Origin: a virus
Lineage: Duplodnaviria; Caudoviricetes
DNA length: 46,050 nucleotides
IMG/VR virus record: IMGVR_UViG_3300049058_000009
Location: 1-46,050 of that record
Direction: 5' to 3' (one strand)
The notes under the pieces are model-generated. The model saw only the letters and a list, made by a program, of their open reading frames with translations, was not told where the DNA came from and ran no database searches. Of this stretch, positions 34,561-44,524 are shown piece after piece; position 1 is the stretch's first letter; each line of letters starts with the position of its first letter. Both the position numbers and the translations under genes were made by a program.

Positions 34561-35444
34561 TATTCATACCGAATAGCAAATGCCTCAGTTGTAACACTAG
34601 GTGATGGGCCGCGCCAGTTACTAGCTGCCGGTCCATTTGCCGCTGGAATACAATAGAAAACATGAGCAGCACCGTATGCATAAATTGTAGGTGTGCTACT
34701 TGGCGCAATATCACCTGTTAAATATCCACAACAACTTAATACAGGATTTCCAAATACTCCTTTTTCGGGGAAAACTGGCGCAACAATCGTCTGAACACCA
34801 GTAATACCTGTAGTATCAGGGAACATTCCAGCAAAGGTATTATTCACTGCCCATGCCGGTCCTACCATTCCAGTAGAACGATTCCAGAATCCAATTCCTA
34901 ACGAGTTAGAGTTAATATTCGCACGACCAAAGAACCAAACACCTTCCGAAGTAGGCTCGCCAGAAGAATCTAAAGTTCGTTCAAAGCCGAAATACAATCC
35001 CTGAGTAGCACCGTTGAATGTAACCATGCAGAATCGGTTAGTGCTACCAGAACCGAACAATGAACCAGCAGTAGCATAAGCCGTGAATCCTGCTGCCATT
35101 GTAGTAGATAATGTGCCAGTTAAGTTACCAGCACCATCACTACCAGTTCCAAAGGTGAACTGCATTAATGGATTATTGGCTGAGCTGGAACCAGAGCCAT
35201 ACTGCACTTTAAAATAAACAGGTGCAGTTGCCTGAAGTGTATCAGCAAATCGCCAAATTTCATAACCCTGGACAGTATTAGCAGCAACAGGCGCTAATAC
35301 AGTAGTCCAGTTAATTTGTCCAGTATCAGCAGTTTGAACTAATCCAACTGCTAAAAATCTAGCTGCAACGTAACTTCCCCATGAACGGAAATTAGCATCC
35401 GAGCTGTTTGTAAAATTCGATGGCGTAGCAGTAAATGACGACAT
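34560..35444 (-). CDS. Tail fibre / receptor-binding-associated protein
   Basis: Gly/Thr/Ser/aromatic beta-rich; follows the tail fibre. Confidence 0.6.
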   Translation of the reverse strand: MSSFTATPSNFTNSSDANFRSWGSYVAARFLAVGLVQTADTGQINWTTVLAPVAANTVQGYEIWRFADTLQATAPVYFKVQYGSGSSSANNPLMQFTFGTGSDGAGNLTGTLSTTMAAGFTAYATAGSLFGSGSTNRFCMVTFNGATQGLYFGFERTLDSSGEPTSEGVWFFGRANINSNSLGIGFWNRSTGMVGPAWAVNNTFAGMFPDTTGITGVQTIVAPVFPEKGVFGNPVLSCCGYLTGDIAPSSTPTIYAYGAAHVFYCIPAANGPAASNWRGPSPSVTTEAFAIRYE

Positions 35445-37165
35445 TAAGTTGTCCTAATATCAATAGTAAAAGCGAAATATGAAGCGTTAGCCGTTTGGTT
35501 AAAAGCTCTACCGCCACCTAATGGGAAAGTGCGAACAAGAATATAATTTCCGATTGCGGGGTCAGTAGTAGCATACACGTCAAATACTGCTGCACCAGCT
35601 TCCTGCGCGCCTACTAAATGTGCAGGAGTGCCAACTGGAACTCTACTATCAGGAATCAAGATTCTTAATTCTGTAACAGCACCAGCAACAGAAGCAACTG
35701 TAGTAGTTGCAAGATACACCTGAATTTTCATCAAGTTATATCCGATATAGCAATATCGGAATAAAACTTGGTCAGGTGCCGTTAAAGTCCAAGTAGGAGT
35801 TGTTCCACCATTGGCTGTGAAATTACCAGCAGCAAATGCAACATCAACCCATAAACCTACTGCTCTATCATTTACTTCTAATGTGCCAAAATCACCTTGC
35901 GGTGCTCCAACAGTTCCCAATCCAGTTAAATTTTGAACAGTAACACTAGCATTCAGAGCATCTAAATCTCCCTGAATATCTACATCACCATCAATATTTA
36001 AATCACCGTCAATTTGCGCGCTACCTGCAAGTTCTAAATCACTAGTCCAGCCAGGAACACCATCAATCGGTTGAATTACTTGACCAGTAATACCAACAGC
36101 TAATCTTTGCCACAAAGTTCCATATGTTGGATTAGCTAAATCTGGCGCCGGAACCATAGCAAGTAACGATGCTGCACATGCAAAGTTATTGCCTGTAATA
36201 TAGGGAAACCCACCAGGAGTTTCACCAATCATATTAAATCGGATACCCTCGAAATCTTCAACAACTGATGCCTGTGCAAAGAAATCAATTAGATTCCAAG
36301 TTAACCATGTATCCGGTTGTGGCGCATCAATATATTCTAACGGCGGTGGAGCACCCCAAAGCTGATTACCAGAATTTAATTCATTGCCATTAAACCCGCG
36401 CATGTAGCCGTATCTAATTCCCTCAAAGTCTTCGACTACAGCAGAACTTAAAAAGAACCCTGCATAAGTTCCGGGTAAATCTCCACCATTATCCGCAACA
36501 ATTAAATCCCCAAGAACAGCATCAGCAGGGAGGCTATCACTATGAGTAGGAGAGAGGACTTTGTGAGCCAATCCCACTGTAGTCCCACCGCTTCCATCAT
36601 CGACGTAAATTTGTAAAGTATCGTCCTGTATTTCAAGATTATCCCCCAGTCCGATTTCCTGGACATTTGCGGGAGCACTAATATCACCATTTCCTAATAA
36701 TTTTTCAGTGTCTGATACCTGCTGCATCTTTGCATAGGTAACAGCATTATCAGCTATTTTAGCAGTGGTTACATTATCATTAAGAATCTTAGCCGTTGTA
36801 ACTGCGTCATCTGCAATCTTCGGAGTTGTTACATTGGCATCTAAAATTTTAACCGTAGTTACTGCATCGTCAGCAATCTTACCTGTCGTAACAGCAAGGT
36901 TATCAATCTTAGCCGTTGTTACAGCTAAGGGTTGAATTGTAGCAGGAACCGCACCCGGACCTACTGCTACAACATCAGTAGTTAATTCAGTAATCGCATC
37001 AGCACTACCACCACCTGAAGATTCCGAAACGGCTGTGATTTCAATATTAGCAGCTCGGATAATATCAATCAGACTATTAATAATCTGGTATAAAGCAGGG
37101 TCTTTCTGCTGTAAGCCAGTATTTAATAGCTGTGATTTTAATCTATCTGGCTGCTGTAATGCCAT
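35444..37165 (-). CDS. Tail fibre protein
   Basis: 10-aa AVTTAKIADD repeats, internal VVEDFEGIR duplication, beta-rich tip. Confidence 0.75.
   Translation of the reverse strand: MALQQPDRLKSQLLNTGLQQKDPALYQIINSLIDIIRAANIEITAVSESSGGGSADAITELTTDVVAVGPGAVPATIQPLAVTTAKIDNLAVTTGKIADDAVTTVKILDANVTTPKIADDAVTTAKILNDNVTTAKIADNAVTYAKMQQVSDTEKLLGNGDISAPANVQEIGLGDNLEIQDDTLQIYVDDGSGGTTVGLAHKVLSPTHSDSLPADAVLGDLIVADNGGDLPGTYAGFFLSSAVVEDFEGIRYGYMRGFNGNELNSGNQLWGAPPPLEYIDAPQPDTWLTWNLIDFFAQASVVEDFEGIRFNMIGETPGGFPYITGNNFACAASLLAMVPAPDLANPTYGTLWQRLAVGITGQVIQPIDGVPGWTSDLELAGSAQIDGDLNIDGDVDIQGDLDALNASVTVQNLTGLGTVGAPQGDFGTLEVNDRAVGLWVDVAFAAGNFTANGGTTPTWTLTAPDQVLFRYCYIGYNLMKIQVYLATTTVASVAGAVTELRILIPDSRVPVGTPAHLVGAQEAGAAVFDVYATTDPAIGNYILVRTFPLGGGRAFNQTANASYFAFTIDIRTT
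36724..36926 (-). repeat. About seven 30-nt coding repeats ([A/N]VTTxKI[A/L/D]xx)
   Basis: Visible in the translation. Confidence 0.8.
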
Positions 37166-37449
37166 TACTGCGGGTATCCACTAGCTACTGGTTTAGTGTA
37201 GAACGTTAAGTTCTTGAGTGTAAAGTTCTCGTCTATAGCTTCCATACGCCCGTAAAACTGAACGCGCATGGCAGTCATATTAGCTAATAAACTTACAGGT
37301 CGATTCGGTGTAGACTGTAAAGTTACATCAGTTAATACTTGTTCAGGGTCGCCTTCAAGTGCTAATAACGTGCTTAAAAACTCCCCTGAACCTGAGATAC
37401 GCATTCGGACTGAAACTATATGCTGTTGAAAATCATAACCTGATGGCAT
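37165..37449 (-). CDS. Probable detached C-terminal domain of the tail nozzle protein
   Basis: HIVSVRMRISGSG...FTLKNLTFYTKP resembles gp10/stabilisation protein C-termini. Confidence 0.5.
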   Translation of the reverse strand: MPSGYDFQQHIVSVRMRISGSGEFLSTLLALEGDPEQVLTDVTLQSTPNRPVSLLANMTAMRVQFYGRMEAIDENFTLKNLTFYTKPVASGYPQ

Positions 37450-38321
37450 TAGTTTCCTCCGATAAATCCAGTCTTAAAGAAAGGTGCTGGAATCATGACA
37501 CTTATTGTCGTCGAAGTAGTTGTGCTAGTTCGCTGATATAATTCATCATGATACTGGCCTGGAACTAAAGTATAAATTCCAGAGGCATCAGTTAATGCTT
37601 GAATTACAGGCGCACCACCAAAACTTAATCCACCCAGAGGATTGATTGTCGGATTCGGCGGCGGTGGAAAACTATCATAAGTTCCATTAATTTCCCAAGA
37701 GTTAGAAGTTGCAACACCATTTGCATCGACTGTTGCGAATTGGGTGAATACGTATAATAAGTATGCACCAAATGCCGCAGACATCTGTGAGAATGTAATT
37801 TGAAATGTTCCCTGAGTTAAAAGAACATTTAAAAATCCATTCCACTTAGTAAGAACTGGAGGATAGCCAGCTCCTAAATAGGGGTCAGCAAGTGTTAATA
37901 CTGAAGCATTGACACCCGTATTAGTTTGATATTCCTGTAATCCGATAGGTTCAATAGTCCAGTAATACGCTGCTGCTCCACCACGTAACACATGACTATT
38001 TCCATCATCACTCGTTACTGGAAAGTTTGGAGTGAATGGATTAACACCATCCTTTATCCAAGGTGGAGTATCTTCATACGTAATAGAATCAATACCAAAA
38101 TCTTCTGGTAAGTCTGCATACGCGGTTGGGGTTACAGCACCATCTAAATAAAGTTGTCCAGTGCTTAATGCAACAGCAATTTTACCCCAAACACCATCAC
38201 CAGACCCCATCGGTTGATTTACTAATTCTGGTCCAGTATTTGGTAAATTACTCCACCAATAAGTCCCAGCATCAGTATATCGAATATTGGTAAATCCAGT
38301 TAATTTCCAAGTCCCTGCCAT
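37449..38321 (-). CDS. Virion protein ending in a nozzle-like segment
   Basis: Beta-rich body, Pro linker, C-terminal SGIYTLVPGQYHD...IPAPFFKTGFIG. Confidence 0.55.
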   Translation of the reverse strand: MAGTWKLTGFTNIRYTDAGTYWWSNLPNTGPELVNQPMGSGDGVWGKIAVALSTGQLYLDGAVTPTAYADLPEDFGIDSITYEDTPPWIKDGVNPFTPNFPVTSDDGNSHVLRGGAAAYYWTIEPIGLQEYQTNTGVNASVLTLADPYLGAGYPPVLTKWNGFLNVLLTQGTFQITFSQMSAAFGAYLLYVFTQFATVDANGVATSNSWEINGTYDSFPPPPNPTINPLGGLSFGGAPVIQALTDASGIYTLVPGQYHDELYQRTSTTTSTTISVMIPAPFFKTGFIGGN

Positions 38322-38728
38322 TATGCACCGCCTGAAATTGCAATGGCTGGATAAATTTTAATATACGCAGTATTTGCCGGAGTAAATGGATAATATGCAC
38401 CAGGCATAGGCTCTGCCCAATATAATGTAGTGCCTGCTGCATCAGTTACATAGTATCCATATACAAGCCCAGAGCCACCTGTAGTGCTAATGAAACTAAA
38501 TGTTTTAACTGCTTGAACGGCAGTAACGGGAGATGTGCTTCCCATTGTCCAATCAGCAGATAATAAATCTTTAGCTGCATATCCACCACCAGTTACCTCT
38601 GTAAACGAACCAATTACAGAGGTAGGACCGGGCGTATAGACATTAGAATATAACCGCAGTTTTAAATCTACAGAAAGTAATTCCGTAAGAACTGCTGTTT
38701 GAATGGTAACTGGAACAATTAAGCTCAT
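38321..38728 (-). CDS. Minor tail protein
   Basis: LRLYSN...FTEVTGGGYA...YGYYVTD pattern. Confidence 0.55.
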   Translation of the reverse strand: MSLIVPVTIQTAVLTELLSVDLKLRLYSNVYTPGPTSVIGSFTEVTGGGYAAKDLLSADWTMGSTSPVTAVQAVKTFSFISTTGGSGLVYGYYVTDAAGTTLYWAEPMPGAYYPFTPANTAYIKIYPAIAISGGA

Positions 38729-40242
38729 GGTGCGTTCAGGTCTGCTCCGATGATTAACTCGTTAATATTGACTAGAGCAATCGTATTAACTGTTACATCA
38801 AATCGCCAAATTGCCCAGCGAACATTTTGAGGGTCGAATCCATTATTATAATCACCAATCAATAATGTTTCATCAGGTAACGTGATGTAAATTATTTGAT
38901 TGATTGTATCATTAATAATCTGAACTCGACGAAATTCTGTCTTATCCTGTCCTAACCAGAATGCATGGATTTTCCAAGTTAACTCTGGTAATGCGTAACG
39001 ACCATTGAAAACTACAACACCGCGCGTGGTAGCAACAATTAAGAAATCTACGTTACCAGAACCAGAATCAATTACTGTTCCAATACCATGAATTGGAGCA
39101 CCATATGCTTGGTCAATAATTGATAAAGGCCAAGTTCCAGGCTCATCATCATTATCAACGTAAGAATATGTGCGGTTCAGTTTAAAAATATAAAGAACAT
39201 CTCGAAGTTCTGCACCATTAGTAATTGGATTACCATCAGCAGGAACTTCAACTAATCCATCAATCTGGTTAAATGCTTCTGGCTCTCCCGGTGCTGAAGC
39301 ATAGAAGACGCTAATATCAGTATACGGAGTGCATAAGCACAACCGATTGTGATACATGAAAAGATTAGCACCTGCCGGTATTTCAGCAAAGTTATCTAAT
39401 AAATGACTAGCATCGTCTAATAAGTCTTGGTCGTAGAATGACTGATTAGCTAATGTAGTAGTTACATTATCATTAACTGTTGCGCCGGGAATAAAGTAAT
39501 AAGTATAACCAGTAGTATTGCCGTTATAATCTTCAATTACTTTAGTCGCAACAATATGACGCGCTACGACAGCCGAATTAGCACTAACAGGAATGGAAGT
39601 AAAAGAGACAGAGCTAGTAGTGCTAGTAGTAAAATCGTCAAAAGCAGCAGGTGCCGAAAGATAACCGGAGTCCGTTTCAAAAACGACCCCAAATAAATGA
39701 GTTCCGGCATCAGTATGACCAGCAGCACCATTAGCAGCAACGACGTTACCAGTAGGGGCAGCACAAGCGGCTTTTCTAGCAGCAACCCCAGCGCCCATGT
39801 AAACATAAAGGAACTCCCCAGACATTCCTTTTTCTTGTTCTAATGTTCCACTAGTATAGGTTCTTACTGGCGAAATATATGCACGTCCAGCAAAAGGCTG
39901 AAATGCAAAATCTTCCATTCCAACAATCGTAAGAACTACATAAACAGTTGTAGCATTAGCTACATGATAAATTGTCGGAATACCAAGCGCGCTTGTCGCT
40001 AGCACCAGCAAAGTATTGCCTGTAGGCGTAATGTAATTATAAATTCTCTTTACATTTGCAATTGGAACATCTACGGTTTGATGTGGACCAATGCCATATC
40101 GAGTTGAAATAGCATCATCACTCGGAAATTGAATATTCTCACATTCCGTGAAATGGTCTAAAGGAACTTCTTCAACATCTCCTTGGTCGTAAAGTCCTTT
40201 AAACGAACTAATTTCAATTGGTTCATGACCACGGTATGGCAT
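38725..40242 (-). CDS. Tail nozzle / stabilisation protein (P22 gp10-like), C-terminally short
   Basis: FKGL...CENI...TRYG N-terminus, beta-propeller repeats (HNRL..FYASAPGEPEAF). Confidence 0.7.
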   Translation of the reverse strand: MPYRGHEPIEISSFKGLYDQGDVEEVPLDHFTECENIQFPSDDAISTRYGIGPHQTVDVPIANVKRIYNYITPTGNTLLVLATSALGIPTIYHVANATTVYVVLTIVGMEDFAFQPFAGRAYISPVRTYTSGTLEQEKGMSGEFLYVYMGAGVAARKAACAAPTGNVVAANGAAGHTDAGTHLFGVVFETDSGYLSAPAAFDDFTTSTTSSVSFTSIPVSANSAVVARHIVATKVIEDYNGNTTGYTYYFIPGATVNDNVTTTLANQSFYDQDLLDDASHLLDNFAEIPAGANLFMYHNRLCLCTPYTDISVFYASAPGEPEAFNQIDGLVEVPADGNPITNGAELRDVLYIFKLNRTYSYVDNDDEPGTWPLSIIDQAYGAPIHGIGTVIDSGSGNVDFLIVATTRGVVVFNGRYALPELTWKIHAFWLGQDKTEFRRVQIINDTINQIIYITLPDETLLIGDYNNGFDPQNVRWAIWRFDVTVNTIALVNINELIIGADLNAP

Positions 40243-40940
40243 TAGAATGGCGTCCTAGATTTCCAATTGCCTCTAAATGGGCGGCGACGAACAAAGATGT
40301 TTTGTTTCGCCTTGTTTTCGATATTAATACTACGGTCTAATGCTTGCTGAGCATCCATGTCTAATGCATTCGCGCGCTCTGGATTTTCCATCATGTAACG
40401 AGCGGCTAATGCTGCAACACGAAACTCTAAAAAAGTTTGACCGTTAATAACACCGATAGTTGAATTCTCGTCAGCAGGTTCAGTGAGCTGTTGAATATAT
40501 TGAAGCTTAATGTCAATATCACTGGTCATTGGTAATAACTCCATTGCGTTATTTAACCATGCCCAGTATGTTGGTCCCGTATATTCAATACCTTCTAACT
40601 GCGGTGGTAAGAATTCTTTACGAACTAAAGGATACCACGGATTAGTATCTCTAGTTCTCCACCAAGCCTGCCGAATTTCTACAAGAGTTGCGGGTAATCC
40701 TGGAGTTGTATCAAAACCAACTCGAATATTAGATGAACTTGCATCTACTTCAATGGGGTCGCTATCTACAACGTTAGTTACGGGAATATTAGATTGCTCT
40801 AAAAATTCCCGTAACTCCCGGAATGCGGTCTTCAGATAAACAAGCAGGCGCTCATTGGTATAAATTTGTGCATCCTGGTCATTTAACACACCACGCGCAC
40901 CATCCATTACGGTGCCTGCTGTTACATCTGGAGTTGCCAT
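40242..40940 (-). CDS. Head-tail adaptor protein
   Basis: Position; helical N/C termini with central beta insert. Confidence 0.65.
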   Translation of the reverse strand: MATPDVTAGTVMDGARGVLNDQDAQIYTNERLLVYLKTAFRELREFLEQSNIPVTNVVDSDPIEVDASSSNIRVGFDTTPGLPATLVEIRQAWWRTRDTNPWYPLVRKEFLPPQLEGIEYTGPTYWAWLNNAMELLPMTSDIDIKLQYIQQLTEPADENSTIGVINGQTFLEFRVAALAARYMMENPERANALDMDAQQALDRSINIENKAKQNIFVRRRPFRGNWKSRTPF

Positions 40941-40948
40941 TATTTACC

Positions 40949-41098
40949 TTACGGAATATACTGACACGTTACCTGACCCGAACCATCTTCGTAGGGAGTA
41001 AACCAACAATAATAACCAGAACTACTACCGTAGAAATACTCTAACAATCCATATGCTAGCCAAATTTCAGCAGCAGTAAACCAGAAAACTATCCACAT
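40949..41098 (-). CDS. 49-aa membrane micro-peptide, paralog B (not in track)
   Basis: AGGAG RBS; MWIVFWFTAAEIWLAYGLLEYFYGSSSGYYCWFTPYEDGSGQVTCQYIP. Confidence 0.75.
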   Translation of the reverse strand: MWIVFWFTAAEIWLAYGLLEYFYGSSSGYYCWFTPYEDGSGQVTCQYIP

Positions 41099-41106
41099 GA
41101 TAACTC

Positions 41107-41250
41107 CTATGGTAAATAGTAACAGATGACTTGAATATCCCCATTCTCATAGGGAATCGTCTGACACCAATACGCATCTCGATACATAATTTCAAGATAC
41201 GCCCATGAAGCCATTACCATTGCTGCTTCAACTAACAAGACAACCCACAT
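41107..41250 (-). CDS. 47-aa membrane micro-peptide, paralog A (not in track)
   Basis: AGGAGG RBS (alternative GTG at 41256); MWVVLLVEAAMVMASWAYLEIMYRDAYWCQTIPYENGDIQVICYYLP. Confidence 0.75.
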   Translation of the reverse strand: MWVVLLVEAAMVMASWAYLEIMYRDAYWCQTIPYENGDIQVICYYLP

Positions 41251-41268
41251 ACTCACTATCCTCCTGAG

Positions 41269-41961
41269 TTATTCAGCGAACTTCAGTTTCAACGTCTTAG
41301 CCTTTTCAACGTCTACCACCGCTTTACAAACCGGACAAACAGGATAATCAGGATTACGCATTGAACCACAAGCAACACATCGAACAACTTGTGGAGCAAA
41401 TTGTGCAGTAGCCGTAACCCATTCCCTATCCATTCCTAACGCTTGTGCAGCAATTTTAGCATCGTGGTGAATTGCTAAGGGATTACCGTTAGTTCGTGCC
41501 CAGAAGGAATCAGCAAGTTCTACCAACTTCTGGAAATAACGATGCTGATTTTCACGCGCTTTAAGTAGATGATTTAAGTATTTACTTTTTAATTCTTCAA
41601 CTGACACGTCATGTGGTAGCCAGAATAAACCTGGCATGGTGCGAACGTTATCACATCCTAACATTCCTGCAACTGCATCGCGAACAATAGATTCAGCTAA
41701 TACAGCAGAAGGAGTCGGAATTTCTAATAACGGTTCGTTTTCGTTAACTTCACGCCACCAGCTAGCAGGACCGATAACTAATCGACTCGGAGCCTCAAAA
41801 GAACCAGCAGGAATAACATACCTATCTGGCTGTAATGTAATCTTACGTTCATTGAATTCTTTAAAATAGATATTAAATAACGTGCTCTTATCGTATTCGT
41901 TAACCGGAGCGCGCACTGCAATCTTTTTAAAAGGATTCCAACTACCAACACCAACTGCCAT
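41269..41961 (-). CDS. Hypothetical protein with C-terminal Zn ribbon
   Basis: CVACG...CPVC. Confidence 0.75.
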   Translation of the reverse strand: MAVGVGSWNPFKKIAVRAPVNEYDKSTLFNIYFKEFNERKITLQPDRYVIPAGSFEAPSRLVIGPASWWREVNENEPLLEIPTPSAVLAESIVRDAVAGMLGCDNVRTMPGLFWLPHDVSVEELKSKYLNHLLKARENQHRYFQKLVELADSFWARTNGNPLAIHHDAKIAAQALGMDREWVTATAQFAPQVVRCVACGSMRNPDYPVCPVCKAVVDVEKAKTLKLKFAE

Positions 41962-41963
41962 GA

Positions 41964-42512
41964 TTACTCTCCAAACTGTTTATTGGGCACAACCACACCC
42001 TCTTTATATGCTAATGCATCGGTTGTGTTAGTTTCATCACCATAAAGGTAGTCATACATTTTTCTAAATTCTTTTTCGGCTTCTTCTCTTGGATTATCTT
42101 TATACTTTGCAAATGGATTCGGATGATTCATTGCCAACATAACCGAATCAATTACTAATTTAGTCACAGGCCAAATCGGTGGTAATGTTTTACCAGTTAA
42201 CAAATGCTGGTAAGTAAAAATTGGCTCGTAACTTGTTTTCTCTAATAATTCAGGATTTCCTTCAACACCCACTAAATGCTCTAACACATGCGCGGGTGGA
42301 TTAATATGAGTATATTTTTTAACTTCTCTTACTTCAGTAACAGTCCGAAGATAAATCGGTCCTGCGTAATCTTCAAACGTTCCGTATCGCTTTTCTACTT
42401 GGTCATCACTCCAAACAATTCGCCACATTGGACGATTTGATTCGGTATCAATGCCATAATGTTCTTTTAGTCGTTCATTTAAAACTTCTAAAGATTCTGT
42501 AATCTCTGGCAT
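41964..42512 (-). CDS. Hypothetical protein
   Basis: Tightly packed in the late operon. Confidence 0.75.
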   Translation of the reverse strand: MPEITESLEVLNERLKEHYGIDTESNRPMWRIVWSDDQVEKRYGTFEDYAGPIYLRTVTEVREVKKYTHINPPAHVLEHLVGVEGNPELLEKTSYEPIFTYQHLLTGKTLPPIWPVTKLVIDSVMLAMNHPNPFAKYKDNPREEAEKEFRKMYDYLYGDETNTTDALAYKEGVVVPNKQFGE

Positions 42513-42513
42513 T

Positions 42514-43269
42514 TTACACTTCCAGTAGAACTTCTCCGGCTGCTCTACGCCGTGCTAACATTTGCTCATACATATCATCAGGATAAAGTTGCTTCGGACC
42601 AGCAGGGAAAAACGCTGCATTTCCTCTACCCTGAGTATCGTATACAGTTAACCATTTACCATCTTGATAATCAGGCCATACAGCAACTGACGCCATATGT
42701 CCACATCTAACATCCAAATCGAGCCAGAGCTTATAACCAAAGGACCGACAGCGATTGAAAAACTCGATATCATCGTTCCACTCTTGGCTATTTAATTGGC
42801 CGATTGTAATCCAGTTAGGTCCACCTAATCGCTCAAAAACTTCACGCTTAATCAGGACACAACCTAATCCGATATTAGCAACTTGAACTAATCCAGTTTC
42901 ATCATCGTTCAAGAATTTAAATCGGCACTTTCCATCACTCATTGCTGCATTAAAAGCAATAGGAGCGTGAGGAAAGCTACGAAATAAATATAATCCTGAT
43001 ACAATATCTTTATCATGTGCGAGTAACTTCATTAATGCATCAGACGGAATTAAAACATCATCGTCAATAAAGAAGACATGAGTTACTTCCGGGTCTGCTA
43101 ATGCATTTTTAATAATCGCATTCCGATTTGACGCAGGAGATTGTCCATGCGCCAAAGACATTAAAGTGTTCTCTGGCTTCTGAATTGAATAGAGAGCATC
43201 ATAGAATCGAGCTTGCCTAGCAAACTCCATTGTAGGAATGCCCATTACAACTTTTACTTTTTTATCCAC
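42514..43269 (-). CDS. GT-A fold (GT2-like) glycosyltransferase
   Basis: NRNAII, FFIDDD, DIVSGLY, GLGCVLIKREVFE, DDIEF, CGH. Confidence 0.88.
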   Translation of the reverse strand: MDKKVKVVMGIPTMEFARQARFYDALYSIQKPENTLMSLAHGQSPASNRNAIIKNALADPEVTHVFFIDDDVLIPSDALMKLLAHDKDIVSGLYLFRSFPHAPIAFNAAMSDGKCRFKFLNDDETGLVQVANIGLGCVLIKREVFERLGGPNWITIGQLNSQEWNDDIEFFNRCRSFGYKLWLDLDVRCGHMASVAVWPDYQDGKWLTVYDTQGRGNAAFFPAGPKQLYPDDMYEQMLARRRAAGEVLLEV

Positions 43270-43790
43270 CAGATTGACTCCACTAAATTAATAGTTTTAT
43301 AAAACTCATCTACAGCTTTTTTAACACCGGGCCAGTCACAATGAGTATAATCATGACCGGCTAAAATTCCACCAGGTTTAAGAAGATGTAAACCTAACAC
43401 AATATCTAATTTTACAATTTCATACCTGTGGTCCCCGTCAATAAAAATAAAATCATACTGACGGCCCAACTGATATTTGAAATTTGTAGAATACTCCCTA
43501 ATTGGAGTTACGGTTCCATCATCAATCTTGTCTTTAAGATTAACAATGAATTCATCGTAAACATCCGTTCGGATTGAATGAATCCCACCATGTTGGTCTG
43601 GATAATCTCCATTCCAAGGGTCTACTGCGATAACTTTGCCTTTAGTGTTATCTGCAAGCGCGCGAGTGCTACGGCCTTTATAACAGCCGAATTCAATGAT
43701 TAGATTTGACTGAGCCGCAGTTTGAGCCAAAAACTCCAGCTCAGTCTCATTCATCCAACCATGTATTTTCTTGGCTCTTTCAATATTCAT
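43254..43790 (-). CDS. Class I SAM methyltransferase (Methyltransf_24-like)
   Basis: IEFGCYKGRST, FIFIDGDH.YE, LKPGGILAGHDY. Confidence 0.9.
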   Translation of the reverse strand: MNIERAKKIHGWMNETELEFLAQTAAQSNLIIEFGCYKGRSTRALADNTKGKVIAVDPWNGDYPDQHGGIHSIRTDVYDEFIVNLKDKIDDGTVTPIREYSTNFKYQLGRQYDFIFIDGDHRYEIVKLDIVLGLHLLKPGGILAGHDYTHCDWPGVKKAVDEFYKTINLVESIWWIKK

Positions 43791-43869
43791 AATATTAATT
43801 AGGAGACAGTAGCAAGTTACTAAGGCTCCCCCCTAACACATAATAACTAAATCTACTGTCCCCTAATCT

Positions 43870-44190
43870 TTACGTCAGGTTATTAGCCCAACCGTAGTAT
43901 TTCGCCTGCGCTGGGTCATACAAGAAACCACTAGGCACATTCTGAGTAGGCACAACGGCATTCAGAATATTACCCGTAGTTAATGTAGTTCCCGGAGTCG
44001 TATCTGTAAAGATAAGGAATAACAGATGCTGACCCGTAACCGGAGGCGTAATCGTCTTCAACTGCGTAGTTCCGCTTAAAATAGTAACAAGCGTAGTTGG
44101 CGCAATTGTAGTTGCCGCAGCCATACTAACAGGCGACGGCTGCTGATTGCTCTGAACAGTCGAAAAGTTCTGGAATAGTAAGTCGGACAT
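43870..44190 (-). CDS. Capsid decoration-like protein, paralog of 44200-44499
   Basis: AAATTIAP..TITP..GNI shared pattern. Confidence 0.6.
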   Translation of the reverse strand: MSDLLFQNFSTVQSNQQPSPVSMAAATTIAPTTLVTILSGTTQLKTITPPVTGQHLLFLIFTDTTPGTTLTTGNILNAVVPTQNVPSGFLYDPAQAKYYGWANNLT

Positions 44191-44199
44191 TTCCTCTCC

Positions 44200-44499
44200 C
44201 TAGCTAATTGCCGAAGGATACCACTTTCCAGTAGCTTTGCTGTATGCTAAAACAACAAGCATCTTATCTGGAATAGTGCGGGCCACAGCAATATTACCTG
44301 CTGCTGTAAGACCTAAGTTACCACCACTAGTATTTGCTAAAAGTAGGACTCCGCCAAATCCTTCAAAATGCGGAACGATAGTAGCAATATCAGTAGTAGT
44401 CGTGGTATCCGAAACATTAACAATGTCACTCTTAGCGTAAATCGTAGTAGCTGCTGCGAGTGCCTGTTCAGAACATTTAGAAGTTGACCCCGGAATCAT
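44200..44499 (-). CDS. Capsid decoration-like protein
   Basis: AAATTIYA..TIVP..GNI..KWY. Confidence 0.6.
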   Translation of the reverse strand: MIPGSTSKCSEQALAAATTIYAKSDIVNVSDTTTTTDIATIVPHFEGFGGVLLLANTSGGNLGLTAAGNIAVARTIPDKMLVVLAYSKATGKWYPSAIS

Positions 44500-44524
44500 T
44501 CCACCACCTCCACAGATTCTAAGG

